Source: Nitrospirota bacterium (GTDB taxonomy: Bacteria > Nitrospirota > Thermodesulfovibrionia > Thermodesulfovibrionales > Dissulfurispiraceae). Taken from it: a DNA stretch of 64,000 nucleotides. The DNA lies in assembly GCA_963790025.1 (NCBI GenBank), contig CAWBMP010000003.1, positions 64,001 to 128,000 of the forward strand. The letters run 5' to 3'. Below, piece after piece: positions 35,541 to 48,689 of the stretch. Below the pieces are notes generated by a model. The model did not search any database and was not told where the DNA came from. It saw nothing but the letters and a program-made list of their open reading frames with translations. How positions within the stretch are numbered: position 1 is the stretch's first letter; each line of letters begins with the position of its first letter. The position numbers and the translations under genes are program-made.

Positions 35541-36782
35541 TCAGGGATTAACGGTAAGGATTGTTCTTACGATTTCAGGATAATGCGCAATAAGCCTCAG
35601 CTCATCATCGGTAAGAGGTTTTTGAGTATGGAGGTTTGCATACTGCGCCAGTTCGAGTACTTTCCTCGCCTCGTTGTCATCGTGAAATTCTATACCTAGG
35701 TTCAGGTAAACATGTCTGAACCCTTTGATGCCGCCGTATTCGCCGGTGGTGATCACTCTTCCTGTCTGCGTGAGTTCGGGTTCTCCTCTGCCTACGTCCT
35801 CAGGGTCGTATAATTCATAATTTCTCTTGTCCTTCAAGGCGCCGTCGGCATGAATGCCTGATTCATGGGCAAAGGCGTTTGAACCTACTCCAGGCTGGTT
35901 GATTGGGATAGGGAGGTTGAAGGCATAGGATGCGTACTTGGCAATTTTCAAGGATTTTTTCAGATCAACATGTTCATCAAGAGGAACCTTGTCTTTGAGA
36001 ACAGGAGAGAACTTCAAGGCAAGGATAGTGGATACGAGGTCGCAGTTGCCTGCACGCTCGCCATAGCCGTTTATCGTCGTATTTATGTACGAATCAACGC
36101 CGGCCTCTATTGCGCCCTGTACCCCTGCTACAGACACTGCCTCTCCCATGCCGAGGTCGTTGTGGCAGTGCATCTCCAGTGGAAATTTAGTTGCAAAAGA
36201 GAGGGCTTTTATCCTCTCATATATAGCAATGGAGTCATCTACACCGAGAGTGTCACAGTACCTGAACCTGTCTGCGCCGGTCTCCTTGGCCATAAGGGCA
36301 AATTCGATCAACCTGTCCAGTTCGGTCCTTGAGGCATCCTCTGCATCCAAACCTAGTGTCTCTGCGCCGAGTTCCTTGGCCAGCTTAAGCGCTTCCGAAA
36401 CCGTTTTTAATATATCCTTCCACAATTTCTTACCCAGGAATTTTCCCTGCAGCATAATATCCGAGGTTGACATCGACATGTTCAGATGCTTTATATCCGG
36501 GCAATTCTTAAATGTGAGTTTGACGTCTTCGGGGACTGCACGGCACCAGCCTTCGAGGCGTGTTCTTTTAATCACTCCCTCTTCGGCGAGCATGAGATTG
36601 GCATTAATATAGTTGACTTCATGTTTAAGTGTGGGGAACCCGATTTCGCTCTGGTAAATACCCATTTCATCGAGATAAATGTTCAGCATGGTTTTTGACA
36701 ACTTTGGCAGGAGTATCCTCGACGTTTGCACACCGTCTCTGTTTGTGACATCTATTAAATAAACTTTGTTGGCACTGCTCAT
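35541..36782 (-). CDS. DRE-TIM metallolyase (homocitrate / Re-citrate synthase-like)
   Basis: DVTNRDGVQ, HCHNDLG, NGYGERAGN, AFAHESGIHADG; no C-terminal regulatory domain. Confidence 0.85.
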   Translation of the reverse strand: MSSANKVYLIDVTNRDGVQTSRILLPKLSKTMLNIYLDEMGIYQSEIGFPTLKHEVNYINANLMLAEEGVIKRTRLEGWCRAVPEDVKLTFKNCPDIKHLNMSMSTSDIMLQGKFLGKKLWKDILKTVSEALKLAKELGAETLGLDAEDASRTELDRLIEFALMAKETGADRFRYCDTLGVDDSIAIYERIKALSFATKFPLEMHCHNDLGMGEAVSVAGVQGAIEAGVDSYINTTINGYGERAGNCDLVSTILALKFSPVLKDKVPLDEHVDLKKSLKIAKYASYAFNLPIPINQPGVGSNAFAHESGIHADGALKDKRNYELYDPEDVGRGEPELTQTGRVITTGEYGGIKGFRHVYLNLGIEFHDDNEARKVLELAQYANLHTQKPLTDDELRLIAHYPEIVRTILTVNP

Positions 36783-37271
36783 TTACTTCTTTTTAGTGAT
36801 TTCCCTTGCTATAGCAACCTTTCCGGTCCTCACAAATTCCTTTATTCCCATTGGTCTCATGATCTCGATAAATGCCTCTATTTTTTTGTTATCACCCGTA
36901 ATCTCAATTGTATAGGTGTTCTGACTCGAATCCACTACCCGGCCCCTGAATATTTCCGCCGTCCGCAGCACTTCGGCCTTGTACTCCTGCCGGGGCGACA
37001 CCTTAATCAGCACCATCTCTCTTTCAACATGGTCCAGTTCAGTGAGATCAGTAACTTTTATGACATCGATCAGTTTGTTAAGCTGTTTGGATATCTGCTC
37101 TATAATCCAGTCGTCACCCGTAGTGACGATCGTCATTACCGACACCTGTGGATCAATGGTCTCGCCCACGGAAAGGCTTTCTATATTGTACCCCCTGCCG
37201 CTGAAGAGTCCGGACACTCTCGAAAGAACGCCAAATTTATTTTCAACAAGCACTGATATCGTATGTCGCAT
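36783..37271 (-). CDS. ilvN: Acetolactate synthase small subunit
   Basis: VENKFGVLSRVSGLFSGRGYNIESL, KQLNKLIDV. Confidence 0.95.
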   Translation of the reverse strand: MRHTISVLVENKFGVLSRVSGLFSGRGYNIESLSVGETIDPQVSVMTIVTTGDDWIIEQISKQLNKLIDVIKVTDLTELDHVEREMVLIKVSPRQEYKAEVLRTAEIFRGRVVDSSQNTYTIEITGDNKKIEAFIEIMRPMGIKEFVRTGKVAIAREITKKK

Positions 37272-37285
37272 CTTATTCCTCCATT

Positions 37286-37360
37286 TAGTGTCATTGTCAG
37301 TGATTAGTGTCAGTTTAAGGATTTATCTGACACTGACACTTATTTCTCCACTGACACTTA
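37286..37360. repeat. Short-unit (AGTGTC/GACACT) inverted tandem repeat
   Basis: AGTGTC-like units on the left arm and GACACT units on the right arm. Confidence 0.55.
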
Positions 37361-39094
37361 TTTTACTGCCTTGAGTTTTTTCTCAGGCTTCTTCTCTTCT
37401 TCAAACATCATGGAGTCCAGCGCTGCACCGGCGGGGACCATGGGATAAACCTTCTCCTTCCAATCAACAACAAAGTCCATGAACACCGGCCTCTTTATCT
37501 TGAACGCCTCTTTGAGAACAGGTTCGACTTCTTCAGGTTTGGTGGCACGCAACCCGACTGCTCCATATGCATGGGCAAGTTCAACGAAGTCTGGCGTGAT
37601 GTCAATGTTAAGATCGGTGTGCGAGTAGCGCTCCTGATAGAAAAGCTCCTGCCATTGTCTCACCATCCCGAGGTAGCGGTTCTTCAGGATAGCAACTTTT
37701 ACAGGAAGTTTGTAAATTACGGCTGTTGCCAATTCCTGGATATTCATCTGAATACTGCCGTCACCCGCTATATCGATGACGAGTTTGTCCGGGCAGGCCA
37801 ACTGGGCGCCTATGGCAGCGGGCAAGCCGAAACCCATGGTGCCGAGGCCGCCGGAAGTCAGTAAACGCCTGGGCTTGTCGAATTTGTAAAACTGAGCTGC
37901 CCACATCTGGTTTTGACCGACCTCAGTGGTGATAATGGCGTCGCCCTTTGTAAGCTCGTAGATCTTCTCTACGACAAACTGCGGCTTGATCACATCTTTG
38001 TTATAGGTATAAGTCAGCGGTCTTTCTTTTTTCCAGAGCGCTATCTGTTTCAACCAGGTTTTTCTGATTTCGTCCCAAGGCTCCTTTATGTCTTTTTTAA
38101 GCACTTTGTTCAAGACAGTCAGGACATTCTTGACATCACCAACGATGGGAATGTCAACCCTCACGTTCTTTCTGATCGAAGTTGGGTCAATGTCGATGTG
38201 TATAATCCTGGCATGGGTGGCAAAGCCATCGATCTTTCCTGTAACGCGGTCATCGAACCTCATGCCTATTGCTATCAGAAGGTCGGATTCCTGAACGGCC
38301 TTGTTTGCAAAAAAAGTGCCGTGCATGCCGAGCATGCCCAGCGAAAGCTCATGCGTGCCGGGGAAACCGCCCAGGCCCATAAGAGTCATGGTGACCGGAA
38401 TATTGGTATGTTCGGCAAGCTCACGCAATTCGTGAGATGCTTCAGAGAGGATACAACCTCCGCCTGCAATGATGACCGGTTTTTTGGCCCGCGCTATTTC
38501 GTGTGCGGCCTTCTCTATCATCCACCGGTTGCCCTCATATGTTGGGTTATAGCTCCGCATTTCGACCTTGTCGGGCCAGACAAAATCAGCTTTGGCGGAA
38601 GTTACATCCTTGGGAAGGTCAATCAGCACAGGGCCAGGACGTCCTGTAGTCGCTATATGGAACAATTCTTTTAACTGTGCCGCAAGTTCTTTCACATCTT
38701 TTGCAAGGACATTGTATTTTGTGCACGGCCTGGTTATGCCGACTATGTCGGCCTCCTGAAAGGCATCGTTCCCTATTAAGACTGTCGGCACCTGGCCTGT
38801 GAGGACAACAACCGGTATAGAGTCCATGGAAGCATTTGCAATACCTGTTACGGTATTGGTGGCTCCTGGGCCGGAAGTTACAAGCACAACACCGGGTCTT
38901 CCGGTTGCTCGCGCGTATCCGTCAGCAGCATGGACAGCGCCCTGCTCATGCCGTGTCAGTATAAGTTTCAGGTCCTTGTCATCATGGAGAAGGTCAAATA
39001 TATTGAGAATTACGCCGCCCGGGTATCCGAAAATATGTTTAACGCCGAGTTTCTTGAGGGACTCAAGTATTATTTCAGCACCTGTCATTTTCAT
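37358..39094 (-). CDS. ilvB: Acetolactate synthase large subunit
   Basis: [31 protein letters not shown] motif, GMVRQWQ. Confidence 0.96.
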   Translation of the reverse strand: MKMTGAEIILESLKKLGVKHIFGYPGGVILNIFDLLHDDKDLKLILTRHEQGAVHAADGYARATGRPGVVLVTSGPGATNTVTGIANASMDSIPVVVLTGQVPTVLIGNDAFQEADIVGITRPCTKYNVLAKDVKELAAQLKELFHIATTGRPGPVLIDLPKDVTSAKADFVWPDKVEMRSYNPTYEGNRWMIEKAAHEIARAKKPVIIAGGGCILSEASHELRELAEHTNIPVTMTLMGLGGFPGTHELSLGMLGMHGTFFANKAVQESDLLIAIGMRFDDRVTGKIDGFATHARIIHIDIDPTSIRKNVRVDIPIVGDVKNVLTVLNKVLKKDIKEPWDEIRKTWLKQIALWKKERPLTYTYNKDVIKPQFVVEKIYELTKGDAIITTEVGQNQMWAAQFYKFDKPRRLLTSGGLGTMGFGLPAAIGAQLACPDKLVIDIAGDGSIQMNIQELATAVIYKLPVKVAILKNRYLGMVRQWQELFYQERYSHTDLNIDITPDFVELAHAYGAVGLRATKPEEVEPVLKEAFKIKRPVFMDFVVDWKEKVYPMVPAGAALDSMMFEEEKKPEKKLKAVK

Positions 39095-39341
39095 GATTTA
39101 ACTCCTTGCGTTTTAAACTGCTCGATCGGACGGACCCCACCAGAAGTAGCCAACAGTAAGGGCCTTAAGCCGGTCTTCTAAGCCAAAAGTCAAAGATTTT
39201 CAGCGCCGCCTCATCCGTATGAAACCCTAAATTAACATAATTTTTGCAACTTTTCCATATTTATATTTAGATATTTATCACATTTCTGACCCTTGCCTCT
39301 TGTCTTTTTAGATGCTATCATTTGAATAACGACATGTGACT

Positions 39342-39408
39342 TTGACAAATTTTGCCGTTTGTGATTTAATAATCGTGCCTTTAATGATAGCCCAGTGAGG
39401 CTAAAAGG
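39342..39408 (+). promoter_or_regulatory. Promoter and PyrR-binding RNA element
   Basis: TTGACA at 39342; CCTTTAA-TGATAGCCCAGTGAGGCTAA-AAGG matches the PyrR binding-loop pattern. Confidence 0.8.
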
Positions 39409-39435
39409 AGTATCCCTTGAATTATTATAAAATAA

Positions 39436-40026
<591 letters not shown>

Positions 40027-40033
40027 CTGAATT

Positions 40034-40960
40034 ATGACCAAGGACCTTGTCGGAATAAAAGACTTGTCAAAGGAAGACATCGAGAAGGTTCTCTGCACGG
40101 CATCGTCGTTCAAAGATGTATTAAAACGGGACATCAAAAAGGTGCCTGCACTTAGGGGAAAAACTGTTGTCAATCTTTTCTATGAGCCTTCTACAAGAAC
40201 AAAAACCTCTTTTGAACTCGCCGAGAAAAGACTGAGCACGGACGTGCTTAATTTTTCAGTTTCTACCAGCAGCGTAGTTAAAGGCGAAACCCTTTACGAT
40301 ACAGTAAAGACTATCGAGGCCTACGGCGTTGATTTTATCGTTATCAGGCATGCTTCAAGCGGTGCTCCTCATTTTATCGCCCGCAATGTGAACGCATCGG
40401 TTATCAATGCAGGAGACGGAATTAATGAACACCCCACCCAGGCATTGCTCGATGCATTCAGCATTATAGAGAAGAGGGGAACACTTGAAGGGCTTAAAAT
40501 TGCCATTATAGGGGACATATATCACAGCAGGGTGGCAAAATCGAATATCTACCTTCTTTCAAAATTCAATACTGAAATCAGATTGCTGGGTCCCCCGACA
40601 CTTATTCCGAAAGTGGGGGATTACGGTGTGGAAGTTTTTTTTGATATGGACAAAGGGCTTAAGGATGTTGATGTGGTCATGATGTTGAGAATACAGACGG
40701 AACGGCAGGGAAGTGGTTTCTTCCCTTCCACCAGGGAGTATTTTAAATATTGGGGAATGGACATGAAGCGCCTTGACATGACCGGAAGGAACACTATAGT
40801 TATGCATCCGGGCCCGATGAACCGGGGCATTGAAATAGCTTCGGAAGTTGCCGACAGCGCCCAGTCGGTTGTGCTCGACCAGGTAACAAACGGCATCGCG
40901 GTCAGGATGGCTGTACTGTATCTGCTGGCGAGCCAAAGAACGGACGAAAGGGAAATATGA
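40034..40960 (+). CDS. pyrB: Aspartate carbamoyltransferase
   Basis: [31 protein letters not shown]. Confidence 0.96.
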   Translation: MTKDLVGIKDLSKEDIEKVLCTASSFKDVLKRDIKKVPALRGKTVVNLFYEPSTRTKTSFELAEKRLSTDVLNFSVSTSSVVKGETLYDTVKTIEAYGVDFIVIRHASSGAPHFIARNVNASVINAGDGINEHPTQALLDAFSIIEKRGTLEGLKIAIIGDIYHSRVAKSNIYLLSKFNTEIRLLGPPTLIPKVGDYGVEVFFDMDKGLKDVDVVMMLRIQTERQGSGFFPSTREYFKYWGMDMKRLDMTGRNTIVMHPGPMNRGIEIASEVADSAQSVVLDQVTNGIAVRMAVLYLLASQRTDEREI

Positions 40961-42264
40961 ATAACGTACTGATTATAAAAGGCGGGCACCTTATTGATCC
41001 ATCGCAGGGTATCGATTACATAGCGGACATCCTGATTGAAGATGGAAAGATAAAAAAAATAGAGAGGAAGAAGGGAAGCACGGAAGGGGCACATAGAGCG
41101 GAAACGCGGACTATTGAGGCCAACGGCCTTTATGTGTTTCCGGGCCTTGTTGATATGCATACCCATCTGCGGGAGCCTGGTTATGAACACAAGGAGACCA
41201 TAAAGACCGGGACAATGGCAGCTGTCAGGGGCGGTTTTACTTCCCTTTGCCCCATGCCTAATACAAATCCTGTCAACGATAATCCGACAGTCACCGCGTT
41301 TATCATCAAAAAGGCCGGGGAAGAAGGACTCTGTTCAGTCTATCCTGTGGGCGCGATCACAAAAGGACAAAATGGCGAAGAGCTGGCTGAAATGGGTCTT
41401 ATGTATGATGCAGGATGCAAGGCATTTTCCGATGACGGAAGGCCGGTCATGAGCAGTATTGTGATGCGAAGAGCTCTCGAATACTCCAGGGTATTCGATG
41501 TGCCGGTTATTTCTCACTGTGAGGACCTTACCCTTACGGACAATGGAGTAATGAACGAAGGTGTCCTTGCCTCAAGCCTGGGATTGAAGGGACTGCCTTC
41601 AGCTGCTGAAGAAGTAATGGTTGCCAGAGATATTATCCTGGCCGAATTGACGGGAGGACGGTTGCACATTGCACATGTTTCAACAGAAGGTTCCGTGAGG
41701 TTTATACGGCAGGCGAAAGATCGCGGTATTCGTGTCACTGCGGAAACATGCCCCCACTATTTCAGTATCACCGAGGATGCGGTCAAAGGATATAATACAA
41801 ATGCAAAGGTAAACCCTCCTCTGCGGACACTCAAGGATACCGAGGCGATCAAGGAGGGACTGCGGGACGGCACTATTGATGTAATTGCTACCGATCATGC
41901 TCCTCATCACCGTGATGAAAAGCTCCAGGAGTTTGATAAAGCACCCTCCGGGATTTCCGGTCTTGAAACGGCCCTGGGCCTTAGCCTTAGACTCGTAGAA
42001 GAACGTGTTTTAACTATCGGCAAGCTGGCAGAAAAGATGGCATGTAATCCTGCCAGGGTTATGGGTCTTGACAAAGTGGGCCTTCGCGAAGGCTCAGACG
42101 CTGACATCACAATAGTTGACCTCAACAAAGAAATCCAAATCGAGGGAGCCGGGTTTGCATCACTGGGAAAGAACACTCCTTTTGACAAATGGACGCTGAA
42201 GGGAATGCCGGTAATTACTATAGTAAAAGGCTTTATAGCATTTAACGTACTAAGTTCTGCGTAA
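40957..42264 (+). CDS. pyrC: Dihydroorotase
   Basis: [28 protein letters not shown]. Confidence 0.96.
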   Translation: MNNVLIIKGGHLIDPSQGIDYIADILIEDGKIKKIERKKGSTEGAHRAETRTIEANGLYVFPGLVDMHTHLREPGYEHKETIKTGTMAAVRGGFTSLCPMPNTNPVNDNPTVTAFIIKKAGEEGLCSVYPVGAITKGQNGEELAEMGLMYDAGCKAFSDDGRPVMSSIVMRRALEYSRVFDVPVISHCEDLTLTDNGVMNEGVLASSLGLKGLPSAAEEVMVARDIILAELTGGRLHIAHVSTEGSVRFIRQAKDRGIRVTAETCPHYFSITEDAVKGYNTNAKVNPPLRTLKDTEAIKEGLRDGTIDVIATDHAPHHRDEKLQEFDKAPSGISGLETALGLSLRLVEERVLTIGKLAEKMACNPARVMGLDKVGLREGSDADITIVDLNKEIQIEGAGFASLGKNTPFDKWTLKGMPVITIVKGFIAFNVLSSA

Positions 42265-42342
42265 AAAACGTCCTGCGTACTGCGTTCAGCGGACTCAGAA
42301 AAAAAGTGTTTCTGTTAACGCAGAACGCTGTACGCTGAACGT
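42255..42342. repeat. Heptamer inverted tandem repeat
   Basis: TGCGTAC/TGCGTTC/AGCGGAC units facing AACGCAG/AACGCTG/TACGCTG units. Confidence 0.6.
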
Positions 42343-42355
42343 ATTTGGAGACTTT

Positions 42356-43468
42356 ATGAATAAGGCGTTGCTTGTATTGGCGGATGGAACAGTTTTTGAG
42401 GGCAAGGGGTTCGGGGCCCCCGGCGAGACCGTAGGTGAAGTTGTGTTTAATACGTCCATGACCGGCTACCAGGAAATACTCACCGATTCATCATATAAGG
42501 GGCAGATAGTTACAATGACTTATAGCCAGATTGGTAATTACGGGGTAAATAGGGAGGATGTAGAATCATCAGGAGGCCCTAAAGTGGAGGGGTTTATCGT
42601 GAAGGAATATCTGGACTTCCCGAGCAACTGGCGCTCCGAGCTTTCACTGGGGCAGTATCTTCGAGAAAATAATATCACGGGGATTGAAGACCTCGATACA
42701 CGGGCACTGACGCGTCATTTGAGAAATCACGGCGCACAGATGGGAATTATCTCGACTACTGATACTGAGCCAATCAGCCTGCTTAAGAAAGTAAAGGCCC
42801 ATCCCGGAATCTCAGCCTATGATTATGTTGCAGAAGTTACGGCAAAATCTCCGTATAGATGGGATGAGAGCTGCTGGAATTGGTGCGTTGTTGAAAAACA
42901 ACTGCCATCTTTAAAGGTAGCAGTCTATGATTTCGGTGTTAAATTCAATATATTAAGGAATCTTGCCGAAGCAGGGTTTGAGGTGACAGTGGTGCCGGCA
43001 CAGACTCCTGTCGAGGCGGTACTCGAGATTGACCCTGACGGCATTATCCTGAGCAACGGGCCGGGAAATCCGGAAACTGTTACATACGGCGTTAAAAATG
43101 CACGAAAACTTTTTGGGAAGAAGCCCATATTCGGCATCTGTCTTGGCCACCAGATACTCGGTCTGGCGATGGGTGGCAAGACATATAAACTGAAATTCGG
43201 TCATCATGGAGGCAATCATCCTGTCAAAGATCTTCAGACCGGCAGGGTGGAGATAACATCCCAAAATCATAATTATTGCGTAGATATCCGCAGCGTCAGG
43301 GGCCAGGCCAGACTTACCCACAAGAACCTCTACGACGGCACGGAGGAAGGAATGCAGCATGTTGATTTGCCCATCATGTCTGTCCAGCATCATCCTGAAG
43401 CAGGTCCGGGTCCAAATGATTCCGCTCATCTGTTCAAACGCTTCAGGGACCTGATAAAAAGAGGATAA
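42356..43468 (+). CDS. carA: Carbamoyl-phosphate synthase small subunit
   Basis: GEVVFNTSMTGYQE, SNGPG, GICLGHQ, QHHPEA. Confidence 0.97.
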   Translation: MNKALLVLADGTVFEGKGFGAPGETVGEVVFNTSMTGYQEILTDSSYKGQIVTMTYSQIGNYGVNREDVESSGGPKVEGFIVKEYLDFPSNWRSELSLGQYLRENNITGIEDLDTRALTRHLRNHGAQMGIISTTDTEPISLLKKVKAHPGISAYDYVAEVTAKSPYRWDESCWNWCVVEKQLPSLKVAVYDFGVKFNILRNLAEAGFEVTVVPAQTPVEAVLEIDPDGIILSNGPGNPETVTYGVKNARKLFGKKPIFGICLGHQILGLAMGGKTYKLKFGHHGGNHPVKDLQTGRVEITSQNHNYCVDIRSVRGQARLTHKNLYDGTEEGMQHVDLPIMSVQHHPEAGPGPNDSAHLFKRFRDLIKRG

Positions 43469-46400
43469 ATGCCTAAAAGGACGGATATAAAGAAGATACT
43501 TTTAATAGGCTCAGGGCCGATTGTAATCGGTCAGGCCTGTGAGTTCGACTATTCGGGTACGCAGGCATGTAAAGCGCTTCGTGAGGAAGGGTATACGGTG
43601 GTGCTCGTGAATTCCAATCCTGCAACGATAATGACCGACCCTGAAACTGCTGACGCAATTTACATCGAACCACTCTCTGTTGAATTTCTTGAGCTGATTA
43701 TAAAAAAAGAGAGACCGGATGTCATATTGCCGACCATGGGCGGTCAGACTGCCCTCAACCTGGCGGTGGAACTCTCTGAAACCGGCGTGCTCGATCGTTA
43801 CAAAGTGGAGTTGATAGGAGCGAAACTGCAGGCGATCAAAAAAGCTGAAGACAGGGAGTTGTTTAAAGTGGCGATGAGGAACATAGGACTGGAAGTCCCG
43901 AAGAGTGCAGCGATAACTGCCCTTCAGGACGGCCTGGATATTATAGAGCATCTGGGTTTTCCAGTTATTCTCCGCCCCGCATTCACTCTTGGGGGCGCAG
44001 GAGGAGGTATTGCATATAACATTGAGGAATACCGTGAACTCCTTGACAAGGGGCTGAAGCTTAGCCCTGTCAACCAGGTACTTGTCGAGGAGTCTGTTAT
44101 CGGATGGAAAGAGTATGAGCTGGAAGTGATGCGGGATAAAAAAGACAATGTAGTCATCATCTGTTCCATTGAGAATTTAGATCCGATGGGCATCCACACA
44201 GGCGATTCTATTACAGTGGCGCCGGCACAGACGCTGTCAGACAAGGAATACCAGAGGATGAGAGATGCCTCTATAGCGGTAATACGGGAAATTGGCGTTG
44301 ACACCGGTGGGTCCAATATCCAGTTTGCATTAGACCCCCGTAACGGAAGAATGGTTGTCATAGAGATGAACCCGAGGGTATCGAGGAGTTCGGCGCTTGC
44401 CAGCAAGGCGACAGGGTTTCCCATTGCAAAAATTGCTGCCAAGCTCGCTGTCGGATATGCCCTTGATGAGATAAGGAATGACATTACAAGGGAAACCCCG
44501 GCGTCATTTGAACCAGCTATCGATTACGTGGTGACAAAGATCCCGAGGTTCACTTTTGAAAAGTTTCCCGATGCTGATGCGACCCTAACGACTCAAATGA
44601 AGTCGGTCGGCGAGATAATGTCTATTGGCAGAACGTTCAAGGAATCTCTGCAGAAAGGGTTGAGAAGTCTTGAAACAGGTTCTGCAGGTTTAGAGCCTGT
44701 CGATAATTCAATCGAGGAGATAAGGGCAAAACTTAAAACTCCCAATGCCGATAGGATATGGTATATAACTCAGGCACTCAGACAGGGGATTTCGATTGAA
44801 GAGGTTTATTCGCTTACATGGGTGGACCCATGGTTTTTGCACAATATAAAGCAGATTATCGAGATGGAAGAGCGTTTAAAAGAGAAAGAATCGCTGTTTG
44901 TGGCTGAACTGATCGGGTTGCCACTGCTGAGGGAGGCAAAGGAATACGGTTTCTCCGACAAGCGCATTGCCGCATTGACCGGCACTCAGGAGAAAGACAT
45001 AAGGGACTTGCGGAGATCGAACGGAATAAAACCGGTATATAAGCTTGTCGATACATGCGCAGCCGAGTTCGAAGCCTATACCCCGTATCTTTATTCAACT
45101 TACGAGAAACCATTCTATTCGATTGCGGAAGGCGGAGTTCGGAATTCGGAATTAAAACCTGAAGCTGTCGAATGCGAAGCGAATCCGACCGGCAGGAAGA
45201 AAGTGATTATTCTCGGCTCTGGCCCGAACAGGGTGGGGCAGGGAATAGAGTTTGATTATTGTTGTGTCCATGCGGTATTTGCCCTCAAGGAGATCGGCTA
45301 CGAGACTATAATGATCAACTGCAACCCGGAAACGGTGAGTACTGATTACGATACAGCCGACCGCCTCTACTTTGAACCGCTGACACTGGAGGATGTCCTT
45401 AATATTATCGACATCGAGCAACCCGAGGGAGTTATCGTTCAGTTCGGCGGACAGACGCCACTTAAACTCGCAATCCCCCTTGAGAATGAGGGGGTAAGGA
45501 TACTTGGGACTTCTCCTTATTCCATTGATAGGGCCGAAGACAGGAAAAAGTTCAAGGAACTGCTGCACAAATTGGGGTTGAAACAGGCTGAAAGCGATAC
45601 AGCCATGTCCGTTAAAACGGCGCTTGCAGTGGCGGAAAAGATTGGATATCCGGTAATGGTGAGGCCCTCATATGTCTTGGGCGGCCGCGCAATGGAGATA
45701 GTTTATGATGAAAGCTCTCTGACTGATTACATGAAAAGGGCTGTTCAGGCATCACCTGAACACCCCATTCTGATAGACAAATATCTCGAAGATGCTATTG
45801 AAGTGGATGTGGATGCCATCTCCGACGGCTTCGACGTAGTAGTTGGCGGCGTTATGGAACACATTGAGGAGGCCGGTATTCATTCTGGAGATTCCGCCTG
45901 CTCTCTTCCGCCTTATTCGTTGCCGCCCCTGATTGTGGAAGAGATCAGGAAACAGACAAAAGCCCTTGCGAAGGAACTGGACGTAAAGGGGTTGATGAAT
46001 GTGCAGTTTGCCGTGAAGGATGGTGAAGTGTTCATACTGGAAGTTAACCCCCGCGGGTCAAGAACAATCCCTTATGTCAGTAAGGCCACCGGGGTGCCGC
46101 TTGCAAAGCTTGCTGCAAAGGTAATGCTTGGCAAGACCCTGAAGGAACTCGGCCTGACGAAAGAAAAAGAGATTACGCATGTTGCGGTAAAAGAAGCTGT
46201 CTTTCCCTTCGACCGTTTCCCGGGAGTAGATACCATACTGGGCCCTGAAATGAAATCGACAGGTGAAGTGATGGGCATTGATGAGGATTTCGGGCATGCC
46301 TATGCGAAAGCCCAGGCCGCAAGCTACAACAAGATCCCGTCGTCGGGAAAGATATTTATCAGCGTTAAAGATAAGGACAAAGCACATACCGTGGAGATAG

Positions 46401-46741
46401 CCAAAAAATTGGTCGATATGGGTTTTGGTCTTGTCGCCACCAAAGGGACCGCTCAATACCTGCAACAGAGCGGAATAGAGGTGGATGTTATTAATAAAGT
46501 TGCTGAAGGTCGTCCTCATATTGTAGACCTGATCAAGAACAGGGATGTACATTTCGTAATAAATACGGTAACCGGAACTCAGGCACAGAAAGATTCCCTT
46601 TCTATAAGAAGAAGTGCGCTGCAATTCAAAGTCCCATGCACGACAACCATATCCGGTGCACGGGCAGTAGTTAAAGCCATTGAAATGCTCCAAGAGAAAG
46701 CAGTGAGCATCAAGTCGATTCAGGAATATCATAAAGGGTAA
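43469..46741 (+). CDS. carB: Carbamoyl-phosphate synthase large subunit
   Basis: [17 protein letters not shown], duplicated ATP-grasp domains, MGS domain. Confidence 0.98.
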   Translation: MPKRTDIKKILLIGSGPIVIGQACEFDYSGTQACKALREEGYTVVLVNSNPATIMTDPETADAIYIEPLSVEFLELIIKKERPDVILPTMGGQTALNLAVELSETGVLDRYKVELIGAKLQAIKKAEDRELFKVAMRNIGLEVPKSAAITALQDGLDIIEHLGFPVILRPAFTLGGAGGGIAYNIEEYRELLDKGLKLSPVNQVLVEESVIGWKEYELEVMRDKKDNVVIICSIENLDPMGIHTGDSITVAPAQTLSDKEYQRMRDASIAVIREIGVDTGGSNIQFALDPRNGRMVVIEMNPRVSRSSALASKATGFPIAKIAAKLAVGYALDEIRNDITRETPASFEPAIDYVVTKIPRFTFEKFPDADATLTTQMKSVGEIMSIGRTFKESLQKGLRSLETGSAGLEPVDNSIEEIRAKLKTPNADRIWYITQALRQGISIEEVYSLTWVDPWFLHNIKQIIEMEERLKEKESLFVAELIGLPLLREAKEYGFSDKRIAALTGTQEKDIRDLRRSNGIKPVYKLVDTCAAEFEAYTPYLYSTYEKPFYSIAEGGVRNSELKPEAVECEANPTGRKKVIILGSGPNRVGQGIEFDYCCVHAVFALKEIGYETIMINCNPETVSTDYDTADRLYFEPLTLEDVLNIIDIEQPEGVIVQFGGQTPLKLAIPLENEGVRILGTSPYSIDRAEDRKKFKELLHKLGLKQAESDTAMSVKTALAVAEKIGYPVMVRPSYVLGGRAMEIVYDESSLTDYMKRAVQASPEHPILIDKYLEDAIEVDVDAISDGFDVVVGGVMEHIEEAGIHSGDSACSLPPYSLPPLIVEEIRKQTKALAKELDVKGLMNVQFAVKDGEVFILEVNPRGSRTIPYVSKATGVPLAKLAAKVMLGKTLKELGLTKEKEITHVAVKEAVFPFDRFPGVDTILGPEMKSTGEVMGIDEDFGHAYAKAQAASYNKIPSSGKIFISVKDKDKAHTVEIAKKLVDMGFGLVATKGTAQYLQQSGIEVDVINKVAEGRPHIVDLIKNRDVHFVINTVTGTQAQKDSLSIRRSALQFKVPCTTTISGARAVVKAIEMLQEKAVSIKSIQEYHKG

Positions 46742-46742
46742 A

Positions 46743-46812
46743 AGAGTTAATGAGTGGATGAGTTTTCAGGAAGCCTTTACTCATTGACCCATATACCCAT
46801 TTACTCATTCAC
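46743..46812. repeat. Octamer inverted tandem repeat
   Basis: GAGTTAAT/GAGTGGAT units facing TTACTCAT/TGACCCAT/ATACCCAT/TTACTCAT. Confidence 0.6.
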
Positions 46813-46857
46813 CGGTTCATTTGAGCATTCATTTGAGCTATACTAAGACCAGGAGGC

Positions 46858-47502
46858 ATGCAGGTTATGGATGGACATGATTTTGATTTCCTCTTGGAGG
46901 AATCGGCTATGCTTCACGGTCATCTTTGCCCGGGACAGGTATTGGGTGTGAGGATGGCTATGCTGGGACTCAGGGCTGTCGCCATCGATGATCCAAAGGG
47001 AATAGACAGAAAAAATCTTATTGTTTTTGTTGAAATGGACAGATGTGCTACCGATGCCCTGCAATCGGTCACGGGATGCAGTCTCGGCAAGAGAACGATG
47101 AAATTCATGGACTACGGAAAAATGGCTGCGACATTCGTCAACATATCGACGGGCAGGGCTGTACGGGTGATTGCACGGGAAGAATCCCGGGCTATAGCTG
47201 ATAGTCTCTGCCTTGAAATGGACGACAAATATGCCGCACAGATCGAGGCGTACAAGATCATGCCTGAAGAATCGCTTTTTGAAGCAGTAGAGGTTTCGGT
47301 TGAAATAAAGCCCGAGGATATGCCTGGGAGGCCTTTGTGCAGGGTGCAATGCTCTTCATGTGGAGAATACATCCAGGATATGCGGGAGATACTCCGTGCA
47401 GGTAAGATTTTTTGCAGGTCCTGTGCCGATGGTGCTTACTACTATGTCAAGCACACCACAGCCGACAACAGGCAAAAGCGGCAGCGCAGTAATTCTTACT
47501 GA
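46858..47502 (+). CDS. FmdE-family protein with C-terminal zinc finger
   Basis: HGHLCPG, EMDRCATDA, GCSLGK, CSSCGE..CRSC. Confidence 0.9.
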   Translation: MQVMDGHDFDFLLEESAMLHGHLCPGQVLGVRMAMLGLRAVAIDDPKGIDRKNLIVFVEMDRCATDALQSVTGCSLGKRTMKFMDYGKMAATFVNISTGRAVRVIAREESRAIADSLCLEMDDKYAAQIEAYKIMPEESLFEAVEVSVEIKPEDMPGRPLCRVQCSSCGEYIQDMREILRAGKIFCRSCADGAYYYVKHTTADNRQKRQRSNSY

Positions 47503-47563
47503 TGACGTGCGCTGCTTTCTGAATTTGACTTGCCAATTCTTTTCTGATATTCTCATTTGAGCA

Positions 47564-48340
47564 ATGAAAACATTATGGATAGTCCTTGTTATTTTGCTGA
47601 AGACGGTCGCATCAGTATCTGCTTTTGAGGTAGAAGGATTGCAGCCGCTCGCTCCGTACGGTGAATTTTCCACATTCAGCGCAGATAGCCTTGAGCACAA
47701 CCATGTGGGTATTGGCGAGCAGTTTGAGAAAGTTGTGAAACCTAATTTTTATCGTGCAACGACAGAGATCGCATATGGACTCCATGACCGGTTTGAAATC
47801 GATATGACTTTTCCCTATGTATTTAATTATGAAAAAAAAATTGACGGTCCCGAAGACGTAAACTTCGGAATCAGGCACAGGGTCCTGGATGAGGGGACGT
47901 ATAACCCGGCAATAGCCTATATGCTTACGTTTGCTGCACCCACGGGCAGGGACCAGTTCTCTACCAATGGAGAGCATGGTGCGGGGCTGTTGTTCACCAA
48001 GAAGATAGGGCCGTTCAAGGGAGATGTGAATATATTGGCTGAAAAGCCGGGCGAGTCGTATTTGCATAGTCAGTATAAATTTAACATCGGGACCGAACTG
48101 GCAATAACTCACGATTCAAATATCCTCGCCGAGTTGATTACAAGAAAGGACTATTTTAAAACCAAGATAGACCTTGTGGAATGGAGGGTCGGATACAGGA
48201 TTGCCACTTTGGATAACCTGTATACAACCATTGGGGGAGGTTTTAACCTCGAAAACCGCAGCCCCGATTTCCGCTTCTTATTTTCGGTAAGCGTTATTTT
48301 GCCCAAAGAAAAGAAAAAACTAGAAAGAATTTACGAATAG
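47564..48340 (+). CDS. Hypothetical exported protein, probable beta-barrel
   Basis: Signal peptide, alternating amphipathic strands, YGLHDRFEI, APTG. Confidence 0.65.
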   Translation: MKTLWIVLVILLKTVASVSAFEVEGLQPLAPYGEFSTFSADSLEHNHVGIGEQFEKVVKPNFYRATTEIAYGLHDRFEIDMTFPYVFNYEKKIDGPEDVNFGIRHRVLDEGTYNPAIAYMLTFAAPTGRDQFSTNGEHGAGLLFTKKIGPFKGDVNILAEKPGESYLHSQYKFNIGTELAITHDSNILAELITRKDYFKTKIDLVEWRVGYRIATLDNLYTTIGGGFNLENRSPDFRFLFSVSVILPKEKKKLERIYE

Positions 48341-48372
48341 TACCGCAATCGTATGTGTTATACTATTCCGAT

Positions 48373-48660
48373 ATGTTTGATTTTACATTAACTGAACTTC
48401 TGGTAATTTTTGTAGTTGCACTGTTGGTCTTTGGCCCAAAGAAACTTCCTGAACTCGGGAAGGCATTCGGCAGAGGAATCGGCGAGTTTAAAAGGGCACT
48501 AAATGGGGTCAAGGAGAACATGGACGCTGAAGTCTACACTGCTTCCGAGCCTCCTGCAACCCCTGATCAACGCCCTGAACATAAAAACACTTCAACAGTG
48601 GATATGCATGATTCGAACGGCAAGGCACAAGACGACACTTCACATAAAGATCACGCCTGA
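48373..48660 (+). CDS. tatA: Twin-arginine translocase TatA/TatB subunit
   Basis: ELLVIFVVALLVFGPKKLPELGKAFGRGIGEFK. Confidence 0.9.
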   Translation: MFDFTLTELLVIFVVALLVFGPKKLPELGKAFGRGIGEFKRALNGVKENMDAEVYTASEPPATPDQRPEHKNTSTVDMHDSNGKAQDDTSHKDHA

Positions 48661-48689
48661 TTCTTTCTGCTTCAGCCTGGAGACCCTGG

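Noticed and set aside
42255..46812. Short repeat arrays considered as CRISPR
   Set aside because: Units are 6-8 bp, degenerate and without spacers; no cas genes are present.
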